In this document: positions 36,125-46,480 of the stretch, in pieces | Layout: each line of letters begins with the position of its first letter | How positions within the stretch are numbered: position 1 is the first letter of the stretch | Assembly: GCA_964419255.1 (NCBI GenBank) | Contig: CAYQOU010000006.1 | Location: 1,167 to 65,166, forward strand | Length of the DNA stretch: 64,000 bases | Direction: 5' to 3' | Source: an uncultured Fibrobacterota bacterium | Lineage (GTDB): Bacteria > Fibrobacterota > Chitinivibrionia > Chitinivibrionales > CAYFVL01 | Translations under genes and position numbers: made by a program | Notes under the pieces: model-generated | What the model was told of the DNA's origin: nothing | Database searches by the model: none | Seen by the model: the letters and a program-made list of their open reading frames with translations, nothing else

Positions 36125-36141
36125 ATATGTCAATCCCTTAT

Positions 36142-37035
36142 TCAATACGTTGTCGTCTCGTGAAGATATTTGATCCACTGAGAGAAAAATTCGGTGCGGT
36201 GACCCCGCCACCTGTTGACCGGATTCTCCACATCGAAATTAGCAGGCGGCGGCACATCCGTTCTCCCCCGCTTTATGTCACGCTGATATTCCTCCACCAG
36301 CCGGCGGGAATTGTACTCGGGATGGCCCAGATGCATCAGAAATCGCTGATCGGTGCTTTCAAAAATCGTGTATCCGGCATGTTTGGAGTGGGCCAGAAGG
36401 TTAATCGTCCCCTCATCCCGCGCCTTCTCCAGATCCTCATCGCTGATTCCGGAATGTCTGCTCTGCGGACACCAGAAAATGTCATCCATACCACCGGTTA
36501 TCCGATGATTGGGATCGAGATTGCGTGTCTCGAAAATGCCAAACAGCTTGCCTGAATAATCGGTCTTTTCAATCCCCAGAAACTTTGCCAGTGCCAACCC
36601 GCCCCAGCATATCCCTAGAGTAGAAGCGATGTTTTTCCGAGCGTATCGAAGGATTCGCAAGATTTCCTGCCAGTAGGTTATCTGCTCAAAAGGCCGCTCC
36701 TCCACCGGTGCCCCCGTGATGATCAGCCCGTCCAGACTCTGCCGATCGATTGCCTCCTGAAAAGGAATATACAGACTGTCCAGGTGCTCATGGGAGGTGC
36801 TCTTGTAGATATGGGTTTTCAACCGTATCCACACCGGCTCGATCTGCAGAATCGACCTGCCCAGGGGGTGCAGAAGGTTAAACTCGTATGTCTCGGCCTT
36901 GGGCATGATATTGAGAATGCCTATGCGAAGCGCACGAATATCCTCACGAAGAGCCTGCTGTTGGGTCTTGCACAGGATCTTGCGTTTCTCCAGAGCCGCT
37001 TTGGCGTGATAGTCTTGAGGCAGAACAACGGTCAC
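36142..37035 (-). CDS. metA: Homoserine O-acyltransferase, MetA family (copy 2), first gene of the thiSGH operon
   Basis: GTG start. IRALRIGILNIMPKAETYE, LIITGAPV, TLGICWGGLA, PQSRHSG, LGHPEY. By eye ~60% identical to copy 1, including the identical tail NRWRGHRT...HE(S/T)TTY. Confidence 0.85.
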   Translation of the reverse strand: MTVVLPQDYHAKAALEKRKILCKTQQQALREDIRALRIGILNIMPKAETYEFNLLHPLGRSILQIEPVWIRLKTHIYKSTSHEHLDSLYIPFQEAIDRQSLDGLIITGAPVEERPFEQITYWQEILRILRYARKNIASTLGICWGGLALAKFLGIEKTDYSGKLFGIFETRNLDPNHRITGGMDDIFWCPQSRHSGISDEDLEKARDEGTINLLAHSKHAGYTIFESTDQRFLMHLGHPEYNSRRLVEEYQRDIKRGRTDVPPPANFDVENPVNRWRGHRTEFFSQWIKYLHETTTY

Positions 37036-37246
37036 TACACCACTCCACGAGTTTTCCTAAATAAATACTACGAATCAAAACAAGTAAAAATAACTCATGG
37101 GGAGGGTTTTACGCAGCACGAATACGTGAAGATGAGATTGAATGCGCGTCTTATTTACCGATTGCAAAAACGCCATTTTTGCGCTGCAAATCCTTATTTG
37201 TTCGATTACAATCTATATAAATCCCGTTTTCCGCCGCCGCTCCCGA

Positions 37247-39565
37247 CTATTTCTTCCTCACCGCTCTTTTTTTCCGCTTCTTGGCCGGGGCTTCGGCGAT
37301 CAGTTTCTCGCACTGTTGCTGTGTCAACTGTTCGGGTTCGTAGTCTTTGGGAATCTTGACGTTTTTGCCGTTGGTGGAGATATACGGTCCATAGCGCCCG
37401 CGAAGTACCCGTATGTCTAAATCTGGAAATTCCTTAATCACCTTTTTGTCGGCGGCCTTTTTCTTTTCCTCCAAAAGGTAAATCGCCTGATCCAGTGTCA
37501 CCGTATGCGGGTCGTACTCCTTGCCCAAAGAAACGTAGGTGGCGTTGTGACGTACGTATGGGCCGTAGCGGCCGATACCGGCACTGACTACCTTACCATC
37601 ATATTCGCCGATCTCCCTGGGGAGGCTCAGGAGGTTGAGAGCATCCTCGAGAGTCACCGTCTCGATTAGCTGTCCGGGGAGAAGTCCTGCGAATTCCGGC
37701 TTCTCGTTTTCATCGCGGGCGGTTTTTTCCACCACCGGCCCGAATCGGGCCATTCTGGCAACGATGCGTCTGCCGGATTTCGGATCGACTCCCAGCTCGC
37801 GTGTCACCACCGCGTCGGATCGGTTGACATTTTCCTCCGTTTCGTGCAGCTTCGTGGAAAAATCCTTGTAAAATCCAGCAATCATCTTCTTCCACTGCTT
37901 CCTGCCGGCAGCTACCGCATCGAAATCCTGCTCGACATCGGCGGTGAAAGAGAGGTCGACGATGTTGGGAAAATTGTTGACCAGAAAATCGTTAACAATC
38001 ATGGCCATATCGGTAGGAAACAGCTTCCCCTTCTCTGTGCCGGTGATCTCGGTCTTGTTTTCGACCTCGATACTCCCTCCACGAAGAATCAGATCCAGAT
38101 ATTTTCGTTCCTCCCCTTCCCGTGTCTCCTTGGTCACATATCCACGATGCTGTATCGTGGTGATTGTAGGCGCATAGGTGGATGGACGTCCGATACCGCG
38201 TTCTTCCATCGCCTTAACAAGCGACGCCTCGGAATACCGGGGCTTGGAGCGGGTAAAACGCTGGGTGGCATGCATGTGGATTAGATCGAGTTCCTGTCCC
38301 ACCTTCAGAGGCGGCAGGAGTCCGCCGGTTTTTTCTTCATTTTCCTCATCGGTATCAACTTCGTAGACCTTCAGGAAACCATCGAAGATCACCACCTCGC
38401 CTTTGGCCACCAGAGTGCGGGGGTCGGTGGAGATTGAAATGGTCACGGTTGTACGCTCAAGCTTGGCATCGGCCATCTGGGATGCAATCGCCCGTTTCCA
38501 GATAAGCTCATAGAGCCGCTGCTCGGTGCGGTCGGCACCGGCGACCTTGTTGTTAAAATTCGTGGGACGAATCGCCTCGTGAGCCTCCTGAGCCTGGGCG
38601 GCTTTTGTCTGATAACGCCTGGTTTTCACGTGATCGGCACCAAACATGTCGGTGATGGCCGATGCCGCACCACTGAGTGCATCATTCGAAAGGGCAACCG
38701 AGTCGGTACGCATGTAACTTATATGACCGGCCTCGTACAGCCGCTGCGCCAGAAGCATAGTACGGGACACCGAATAGCCCAGCTTACGTCCCGCCTCCTG
38801 CTGAAGCGTGGAGGTGGTAAAAGGAGGAGCGGGAGATTTCTTAGCCGGTTTCTTTTCAAGATTGGTTATGGTAAACCGGGCGTTTCTGCAGCGCTCAAGA
38901 AGCTCGCGGGCAACCGGCTCGCTTTGGAGCCGTTCGGGTAGATCCGCCCTGAGTTTCTTACCTTTTTCGACCCCGAAGAGAGCCTCCACCTTGAAAAAAT
39001 CCTGAGGAGTAAATCCCAGAATCTCGCGTTCGCGTTCCACGATCAGCCGTACCGCCGCAGATTGGACACGTCCGGCGGACAGGCCGCGTTTGATCTTTTT
39101 CCACAAAACGGGAGAAAGCTGGTATCCGACCAGACGATCCAGCACCCGTCGAGCCTGCTGAGCATCCACCAGGTTATGATCTATTGACCGCGGATGCTTT
39201 ACGGCGGAACGAATGGCGTTTTTAGTTATCTCACGAAATACGATACGCCGTATCTTATCGGCAGGCAGATCCAGTGACTGCTCCAGATGCCACGAAATCG
39301 CCTCCCCTTCACGATCCTCATCTGTAGCCAGCCATACCAGCTCATACTCCTTGGAGGCCTTCTTCAGCCTGGATACCAGATCCCGCTTATCGGGTAAAAT
39401 TTCGTATTCCGGATCGAAATCGTGTTCTATATCTACGGACAGCCCCTTCTTTTTCAGATCGCGGACATGACCATAGCAGGAGACAACCGAAAAATCCTTT
39501 CCCAGAAAGGATTCCATGGTCTTTGCCTTGGCCGGAGACTCAACGATTACTAAATTTTTTCCCAT
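37247..39565 (-). CDS. topA: DNA topoisomerase I
   Basis: MGKNLVIVESPAKAKT (TOPRIM), ATDEDREGEAI, active-site Tyr in GHISYMRTDS, and a Lys-rich tail. Confidence 0.95.
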   Translation of the reverse strand: MGKNLVIVESPAKAKTMESFLGKDFSVVSCYGHVRDLKKKGLSVDIEHDFDPEYEILPDKRDLVSRLKKASKEYELVWLATDEDREGEAISWHLEQSLDLPADKIRRIVFREITKNAIRSAVKHPRSIDHNLVDAQQARRVLDRLVGYQLSPVLWKKIKRGLSAGRVQSAAVRLIVEREREILGFTPQDFFKVEALFGVEKGKKLRADLPERLQSEPVARELLERCRNARFTITNLEKKPAKKSPAPPFTTSTLQQEAGRKLGYSVSRTMLLAQRLYEAGHISYMRTDSVALSNDALSGAASAITDMFGADHVKTRRYQTKAAQAQEAHEAIRPTNFNNKVAGADRTEQRLYELIWKRAIASQMADAKLERTTVTISISTDPRTLVAKGEVVIFDGFLKVYEVDTDEENEEKTGGLLPPLKVGQELDLIHMHATQRFTRSKPRYSEASLVKAMEERGIGRPSTYAPTITTIQHRGYVTKETREGEERKYLDLILRGGSIEVENKTEITGTEKGKLFPTDMAMIVNDFLVNNFPNIVDLSFTADVEQDFDAVAAGRKQWKKMIAGFYKDFSTKLHETEENVNRSDAVVTRELGVDPKSGRRIVARMARFGPVVEKTARDENEKPEFAGLLPGQLIETVTLEDALNLLSLPREIGEYDGKVVSAGIGRYGPYVRHNATYVSLGKEYDPHTVTLDQAIYLLEEKKKAADKKVIKEFPDLDIRVLRGRYGPYISTNGKNVKIPKDYEPEQLTQQQCEKLIAEAPAKKRKKRAVRKK

Positions 39566-40123
39566 ACCGTGCCTTTTTTCTGCAAATTATTACCCGAGTT
39601 GAACAACCGTACCACAACATTCCATGTCTGGATTTGAGAAACATTATCACCGATTACTTTCACCCACATCTGCTGTTCGATGAACATGCACACAAAATCG
39701 CGTTCTCGTTTTCCTGCTCAACACAGGTGCTTTTCCTTCTCTTCTCACAAACGCTTACGCATAAATTCAAAGGTGCATAAATACATTATGCTCAAAGCGC
39801 ATATGTAATCTAATCAATTCGACTGGTTTTTCAAAACATTTGACCATTTCCCGTAATTCAGCAAATATCGGGTCATATACGGCTCACATATGGTATGCCA
39901 TAAAGTCCTCCAGAGCCCGACATTTGTGTAAAAACAGGAAAAAAGCCGTGCGTGAAATTTCTGGATCAAAAACGATTAGGAAAACCGGAGCCTGGCATCA
40001 TGCCCCTCCGATATCTCTGCTGCGGAATCCGATCTCACCGTTTTGGCAAAATACGGTTTGGGAAGAGTGTTTTTCCAGATTTGCAAAAATTGGAGTTTCT
40101 GACTCTCCCGTGATATCCGTATC

Positions 40124-41800
40124 TCAGCCTTGTGGGGAGCGAGTCAGTATCTCATCGACCATTTTCGCAATCTGATTAAAATCAAAAGGTTTCCTCAAAA
40201 AACAGGCATTGTTGCCATTTACTCGTTTTTTGGTTTCATCCGACACCGCATGGCCTGTCATGATTATCGTACGCACCCGCGGATCGATACTCCGCATCTC
40301 CTCGAGACAATCTATGCCATTCATCACCGGCATATTGATATCGAGTATGATCAGATCGATATTCTCCTGATGTGCCGCAAAATAATCCCTGGCCTGAAGG
40401 CCATTTTCACACGCGATCACGGTGTAGCCCACATCCGAAAGCATATGCAACAATAGATCACGGATAATAGATTCATCATCTATAACAAGGATGTTGCCCT
40501 TTTTTGCCCTTGCCTCCTGATCACGCAAGGGCTCAGCGGAAATAGTTGCCGGTGCGGATGCGGCCGGGAAATAGAGGGTGAATGCGGTTCCCTCACCGGG
40601 AGCGCTTTTGACGGATATTTCTCCCAGATGATTCTTCATGGTACTCTGTACGCTTGCCAGCCCCAATCCTGTGCCCTTGCCCTCAGGCTTTGTCGTGAAG
40701 AAAGGTTTGAAGATATGCTCCTGGAGTTTTTTATCCATGCCGATACCGGTATCTTTAATTTCCATGACGACGTATTTTCCCGGCGTCAGTCGCTGAAACG
40801 GCTCGTCTGTCTCATTATTCTGCTCACTAATCTGTTCCACCCGGGTGCTCAGGGTGATTTTTCCTCCTTTAGACATTGCGTCGCGCGCATTCATGGCCAG
40901 ATTGAGGATTGCGCTCTGGATCTGAGCAGGATCCCCGGTGATAAGACAGTGCGGGGCGATGAGCTGTTTGGTGATTTCGATACCCCGGTCGATTGTACGC
41001 TCCAGCAAAAGCACCGATTCACTGATGACATGATGAAGATCCACGGTTTTTATCTCATACTTACCCTGACGGGAGAATGCAAGCAGTTTACTTGACAGCT
41101 CCGCAGCCCGTTTGGATGCATTGATAACCGTCTGGATATATAAAGCCAGGCGTTTGTCTTTGAGATTTCCCTTCTCATCGCGATTGTCGCGACTGATGAT
41201 CTCCGCATAGCCACTTATCCCCGAGAGCATGTTGTTGAAATCGTGAGCAATTCCGCCTGCGAGCTGTCCCAGCACCTCGGTTTTCTGAGCCTGATTAAGC
41301 TGCGCCTCCAGTTGCTTGAACCGAGCCTCCGTTTTTCTCTGAACGGTCACATCCTGAATAACCCCGATCGTGCCCAGAAAAGAAGGTGCTTCCGCTATGT
41401 TTTCATAATATCCGGATGCATTTACCTGAACATGGAGACATTGATCAGCGCCCCGAGTTTGCCGTGCATTTGTTTTAAGCCGGATCTCAAGCCCGGTTGT
41501 GCCACGCAAACCCGACCGGCGCTCATCGAAGAGCTTGGGGGCATTGGATTCACCGGTCATCTTACCCGCAAATGCGGGCAGCACATGATTTCTGCTGACT
41601 CGCTGATAATCCTCATCATGAATCAGTTCACTGAAGTGTTTACCGATGAGCTGCTCCGGCTTATACCCCAGGATACGAACAGCATCGTTTACATAGGTAA
41701 ATTTACCGTCCTGATCTACCTGATAGACGATATTTGGTAACAACTCCATTACTGATGAATACCATTCGGGTGCCCCGGAGTTTGGTGTCGGTAAAGCCAT
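40124..41800 (-). CDS. PAS-domain hybrid histidine kinase / response regulator (cytoplasmic)
   Basis: PAS: LLPNIVYQVDQDGKFTYVNDAV. H-box IAHDFNNMLSGISGY, then LNLAMNARDAM and GTGLGLA. REC: ILVIDDESIIRD...IILDINMPVMNG. Confidence 0.9.
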   Translation of the reverse strand: MALPTPNSGAPEWYSSVMELLPNIVYQVDQDGKFTYVNDAVRILGYKPEQLIGKHFSELIHDEDYQRVSRNHVLPAFAGKMTGESNAPKLFDERRSGLRGTTGLEIRLKTNARQTRGADQCLHVQVNASGYYENIAEAPSFLGTIGVIQDVTVQRKTEARFKQLEAQLNQAQKTEVLGQLAGGIAHDFNNMLSGISGYAEIISRDNRDEKGNLKDKRLALYIQTVINASKRAAELSSKLLAFSRQGKYEIKTVDLHHVISESVLLLERTIDRGIEITKQLIAPHCLITGDPAQIQSAILNLAMNARDAMSKGGKITLSTRVEQISEQNNETDEPFQRLTPGKYVVMEIKDTGIGMDKKLQEHIFKPFFTTKPEGKGTGLGLASVQSTMKNHLGEISVKSAPGEGTAFTLYFPAASAPATISAEPLRDQEARAKKGNILVIDDESIIRDLLLHMLSDVGYTVIACENGLQARDYFAAHQENIDLIILDINMPVMNGIDCLEEMRSIDPRVRTIIMTGHAVSDETKKRVNGNNACFLRKPFDFNQIAKMVDEILTRSPQG

Positions 41801-41987
41801 GAGTCATGTATCTCCAAAAGGTAAAAAGCTTATCCTGAATTGAGCCTTTCTCTCGCATCAATTCGCATAATCAATGGGGTGCATATGGGTTTGAACAATC
41901 GTGAAAAACCCCGGGAGGGTATTTCGCACGATTGCGCAATTCACCCCATAAGGGATTGTGCGACTCATCTGCTTAGAGCCACTCGAT

Positions 41988-42947
41988 TTAATCAAAACAT
42001 TCAAAATCATATGCCCCGTCAAGGTACCGGATAAATGCGTTGAAATCCGGCGGGTATGGTGCCTGGATCCGACACTGCGCACCGGTAAATGGATGAATAA
42101 ATTCCAGGGATTTACAATGCAGTGCCTGGCGTTGCATGGGGAAAACCCCGGCGAAGGCCTCGGGTGTTTCTCTCCACCGTGTAAACTGCTCATCGGAAAG
42201 GCCGTATAGTTTGTCTCCGGCTATCACGTGCCCCAGATGAGCCATATGTACACGCAGCTGATGAGTACGCCCGGTGTGTGGTTTGAGACGGATCAATGAG
42301 TAGCAGGTTCCCCATCGTTTGAGCAGTCGCATTTCGGTAACCGCCGTTTTCGCGTTATGTCCATCAACACAAAACCGACTATTTACAGATGAGCTGGTAT
42401 CCCGGCCGACAGGCGCATCGATACGAGTCGACCGGACGGATGGAACTCCAATGATTACAGCTCGGTAATCCTTTTCGACGTCTCTCCCGGCAAACAGCTT
42501 CTGCATTGCAGTAAGAGCATCTTTGTGCTTTGCGACCATCACCACACCGGAAGTCTCGCGATCCAGCCGATTGGCTATATGTGCATCAACCCAGCATGGT
42601 TTATGTACGTATCGTAATTGGTAAATAAGATTTGATCTCACCGACTTTCCCGAACGGTGTACCAAAAGATTACCCGGCTTGTTTATCCCCAGGAAATAAT
42701 CATCCTCGTAGATTATCGAATAGGACAGATCAGCCGGTGGTTCGGTGAAATCGGGCATGTTGTAGGTGATTCGGTCCCCTGCCGAGACCACCGAATCGAC
42801 CATACAGAGCCTGTCATTGCAGTATAGTCGCCCTTCCACAACCCGTTCGCGCCACTGCTCTTCAGTCAAGTAGGTAAACCGGCGGGTCAGATAGATGATT
42901 AACTCAGTTTTTTTAATATTACCCGGTACGGTTGAGCTGGTTTTCAT
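41988..42947 (-). CDS. RluA-family pseudouridine synthase (RluC/D-like, with an S4-like N-terminus)
   Basis: Catalytic motif ANRLDRETSGVVMVAK, then YRAVI and TGRTHQLRVHMAHLGH. The start overlaps the upstream gene's stop by 4 nt. Confidence 0.85.
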   Translation of the reverse strand: MKTSSTVPGNIKKTELIIYLTRRFTYLTEEQWRERVVEGRLYCNDRLCMVDSVVSAGDRITYNMPDFTEPPADLSYSIIYEDDYFLGINKPGNLLVHRSGKSVRSNLIYQLRYVHKPCWVDAHIANRLDRETSGVVMVAKHKDALTAMQKLFAGRDVEKDYRAVIIGVPSVRSTRIDAPVGRDTSSSVNSRFCVDGHNAKTAVTEMRLLKRWGTCYSLIRLKPHTGRTHQLRVHMAHLGHVIAGDKLYGLSDEQFTRWRETPEAFAGVFPMQRQALHCKSLEFIHPFTGAQCRIQAPYPPDFNAFIRYLDGAYDFECFD

Positions 42948-43885
42948 AGTTCATTGATATACAAAGGTTTTGATCCCTGATAGATCTCGTTGAGATAATT
43001 AAGCACGATCACCTCGGTTTTTTTCTGCGGATCGATATTGATGATAAGCCGATCGATATATTGGCGCGCGATAAAAAAGCCGCGCCCATGGGAATCATAT
43101 ACTCCAAGAGGCATATTATCGTTACCTCGCGATGTCTGACGATGCAGCCAGTACAGCACGTCCTTTTTGCGCAGTCGCCCACCCTGGTCTACGATGGATA
43201 TGGCGTACATTTTCTCATCCCAGACCACCGATACCATCACTGCCTGTTCCCCCGGAAGTTCAAAATCGTAGTTCCACCGTGCCTTATCATCCGGCTTTTC
43301 GTTGCGGGCTCCGTAAAATACCGCATTTGTCAAAAGCTCCATAAGAACCAGATCCAATTTCCGGTACTTGGCCCAAGGAGGAAGAAGCGATATGATGCCT
43401 TTTGCCTCCTCATCGATACAGCATCCCTGTGAAATGGTAAACGAACGCTGGTGAACCGTGGATGAAACATCGAAGAAACGCCGGGCACCAAAGATGTCCC
43501 GCGTCAGCAATCTCTCAATAATGCCCGAAAGCTCCCTGAAATTGAATGGGGTGGTCTTTACAAATATATTTCCTATGTCATGGAAAAGAGCAAGTTCGAT
43601 GTAGTTTTCGACATCAAATGCGGTTATAAGAACCCGTAAAATGTCAGGATAGGCTCGGCGGACCTCCTGAAGCAGCTCAAAGCCTTTCATCTCAGGCATA
43701 TTTATATCAGATATCACCAGATCAATATGATGGTTTGGAAGAACGGAATCTAAAGCATCCCGCCCGTTTTCTGCAGTATACACCGTATATCCAAGCTCTT
43801 CAGACAGATACTCTCGCAGTAGTCCCCGTATCTCCCGCTCATCATCGACAATGAGAATCGAAAACCTTGTATTATCGATAGACAT
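42944..43885 (-). CDS. Response-regulator receiver fused to an RsbW/SpoIIAB-like (HATPase_c_2) serine-kinase-type ATPase domain
   Basis: REC: ILIVDDEREIRGLL...DLVISDINMPEMKG...VLITAF. C-terminus: LVLMELLTNAVFYG (N-box), ISIVDQGG, and SHGRGFFIARQYIDRL (G-box). Confidence 0.7.
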   Translation of the reverse strand: MSIDNTRFSILIVDDEREIRGLLREYLSEELGYTVYTAENGRDALDSVLPNHHIDLVISDINMPEMKGFELLQEVRRAYPDILRVLITAFDVENYIELALFHDIGNIFVKTTPFNFRELSGIIERLLTRDIFGARRFFDVSSTVHQRSFTISQGCCIDEEAKGIISLLPPWAKYRKLDLVLMELLTNAVFYGARNEKPDDKARWNYDFELPGEQAVMVSVVWDEKMYAISIVDQGGRLRKKDVLYWLHRQTSRGNDNMPLGVYDSHGRGFFIARQYIDRLIINIDPQKKTEVIVLNYLNEIYQGSKPLYINEL

Positions 43886-43976
43886 CCGTTTTTATTCGCC
43901 CTGTGCAAAAACCGTTTATAATCGCAGAGTTTTTCATGTGCGGAATCTATTTTTCCTGGTAGAAAGGAGACGACTT

Positions 43977-46262
43977 ATGCGGCTTCCTTCCTCCCGGACA
44001 CATCCACCTCTTTTTAACCGCTCGATATTGCATCAGCCGGCTTTCTGGGCCTGGCTCATACTCAGTGCGGGTATCCTGCTTGGTGATTTTGTTTCCACCG
44101 CACTTTCTTCTCCCCGATTATACCATGGCTTCTGGGTCTGTGCAATCGTTTTTACCACAGCACTGGGGATCATACTCTCCCGAAGCTTGCACTGGCGCGT
44201 TCTCTTTTTCATCGCTGCAGGGGCATTTGCCATTCTTGCCTCAAAAGAAAAAAACCGCACCTATCTTCAGGAGAACATGCGTGGAATGGACCGAATCGAA
44301 CAGGTTTTCATAAGCGGCACTCCGAATAGAGCATCTGTTCCGCTTCTCAATATATACCGTACGGAGATTTCAGCGGTTTCCCTGACAGACAGCTCGGGAA
44401 CATATCCCCTCAATAAAAAAAACTATCGCTGCTACTCAAACGACTCCATCCCCCAGGCAGCATCGGTACGCATTCTGGGCACTCTACGCAATCCGGCACC
44501 ACGCTATTATCCCGGTGGATTTGATGCCCCTCGCCACTTCCGCGCCGCCGATATGTGGGGGACGATCGATGCTGATTCCGTGCAGATTGTTGGGCATTCG
44601 AATTCGATTTTGCGCACCGCATCCCGCGCTTTCCGATCATACATACATAAATTGCTTTCACTCTCTCCCGATCCAACGCAGGCAGCTATTCTCAGCGCCT
44701 CATTTCTTGGGGAAAAGCACCATCTGACCGAAGATATTAAATCGCTTTTTCGTGAAGCAGGGATTTTTCATCTTCTGGCAATCTCGGGTCTGCATATGGG
44801 TATACTGATCATAAGTACATTCCTGGTTCTATCAGTGATTCCTTGTGACCGGAGATGCAAGACGGTTGCTACCCTGGTTGTCATATGGAGCTATGTTCTG
44901 TTTATCGGGGCCATTCCCTCGCTGGTCAGATCAGCAATCATGGCTTCGGTTATTCTAACGACTTATCTGTTTCAGCGTAAACAATATACCCTCAACACAC
45001 TGGGGATCGCCGGATGTATCTGGCTTCTCTTTTCACCTCACTCTCTGTTTACCCCCGGCTACCAGCTCTCTTTTGGCGCTACACTCTCAATTGTTGCCGC
45101 CCAGCCTGTCATCCGTCGCATAAACCATCTGTTACCCCGACTTCCTCTCGACATGTTTACCCGGGGCACTCTGGGATCGTTTATGGTTTCAGCAGCCGGA
45201 TTTCTGGGCACCGCTCCTGTGCTGCATTATCATTTCGGCTCGCTTTCGTTTGTAGGATTGGTAACAAACGTTGCGGCGGTATTCTGCATGTCCGTGGGTA
45301 TGAATCTGTTTTTCATTGCAGCAGGCCTGTTTTGGATATGCCCCGCTCTGTCGCCGTTTTTGATGAAGGCGGTAAGTATCCCTTTATCTATGGTGATTAT
45401 GCTTGCGGAAAAAACGACAACCTTACAACAGTCTGCAACTCTTCCCTCGGTTCCGGCTACTGTATGGCTTCTGTACGCGATCTGTTTCTTATGCCTTCTC
45501 TCTATCCACCCCACACGTATTGGGCAGTATGTCAGATGGGTTTTGCCGATTTTCTTTCTGCTCTCCGCAACGATTATGGTTGTGGATAAAAATGCGGAAT
45601 ACGCCGAAATCGTTGTGTTTAATCTCGACGGTGATAACATGGCGGGGATACGATATCCAAGCGGTAAAATATGGCTTATCGGTGTAGCAGATTCGAGACG
45701 GTGGGAGTACCTGTATCGAAACCGGCTACTTCCGTGGCAAAGAGATGCCGGTAAGCTTGAGGTCCTTGTCATTCCACGTGTAAACAACAATGTTTCTCAT
45801 TTTCTTTCACCACTTTTGCTCAACGGCGCACCCGAGAAGCTGATTACGGATGGTCAAAACGACCTTTCGCCATTTGGTAGCCGCGATCTGACCGGACTTC
45901 TTGTCACCCATGGGGTAGAAAGGTTCCTTGTGCCTTCGGCCGCCATGTTGTATCCGGCCGAGGAATGTACGATAACCGTGCGGTCTCCTCCAAATAAACA
46001 CAGCGGTTTGTCGGTACGAGCAAACGTACTGGGAGCCCGGATTACTTTGGAATCAAAGCCATCAGACAAACCATCAGAGGCATTGGAATCATCTGATGTA
46101 AACATCTTTTTTAACTCACCAACAGTCTCACTGCCGGCGTTCAGCCCGCAATCGAGTCTTGATCTCAAGAAAGGAGCGGGCAGACTTCGTATTGGAAAAA
46201 ACGGAAATATTACCATCCACCAGTTTACCGGTGAGCGGTGGAAACGAATCGGAGAAGGCTAA
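43977..46262 (+). CDS. comEC: ComEC/Rec2-family DNA internalisation channel protein
   Basis: Polytopic, with the competence-domain signature FREAGIFHLLAISGLHMGIL. Track start is 43851; ATG 43977 follows AGGAG by 7 nt. Confidence 0.8.
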   Translation: MRLPSSRTHPPLFNRSILHQPAFWAWLILSAGILLGDFVSTALSSPRLYHGFWVCAIVFTTALGIILSRSLHWRVLFFIAAGAFAILASKEKNRTYLQENMRGMDRIEQVFISGTPNRASVPLLNIYRTEISAVSLTDSSGTYPLNKKNYRCYSNDSIPQAASVRILGTLRNPAPRYYPGGFDAPRHFRAADMWGTIDADSVQIVGHSNSILRTASRAFRSYIHKLLSLSPDPTQAAILSASFLGEKHHLTEDIKSLFREAGIFHLLAISGLHMGILIISTFLVLSVIPCDRRCKTVATLVVIWSYVLFIGAIPSLVRSAIMASVILTTYLFQRKQYTLNTLGIAGCIWLLFSPHSLFTPGYQLSFGATLSIVAAQPVIRRINHLLPRLPLDMFTRGTLGSFMVSAAGFLGTAPVLHYHFGSLSFVGLVTNVAAVFCMSVGMNLFFIAAGLFWICPALSPFLMKAVSIPLSMVIMLAEKTTTLQQSATLPSVPATVWLLYAICFLCLLSIHPTRIGQYVRWVLPIFFLLSATIMVVDKNAEYAEIVVFNLDGDNMAGIRYPSGKIWLIGVADSRRWEYLYRNRLLPWQRDAGKLEVLVIPRVNNNVSHFLSPLLLNGAPEKLITDGQNDLSPFGSRDLTGLLVTHGVERFLVPSAAMLYPAEECTITVRSPPNKHSGLSVRANVLGARITLESKPSDKPSEALESSDVNIFFNSPTVSLPAFSPQSSLDLKKGAGRLRIGKNGNITIHQFTGERWKRIGEG

Positions 46263-46480
46263 AAGGCTAACAATTCTCGATAAAAGGAGTATCCTTAGCG
46301 AATCAGGGAGGGGAAAAAAGTATCTGAGAGGCGTTTCGAGTGATGTTTATGGCGGTAAGTGACAGAGTTTTGCGCAATATCGAGTCCGAACCGATTTTTG
46401 GCCTGCTCTCAGCCACCTCCCCACATTTCCATCTTCTATATTATTGCCTGTTTCGGGGTTCGTGTTCAATAAGGGTATTT

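Noticed and set aside
37036-37246. A TPP (THI-box) riboswitch was expected upstream of metA2-thiSGH.
   Set aside because: I read both strands and could not find the conserved CUGAGA / ACCUGAUCUGGAUAAUGCCAGCG elements. Only a weak AT-rich hairpin (GCAAAAA-cgcca-TTTTTGC) is present. Absence by eye is not proof, so a covariance-model scan is still needed.
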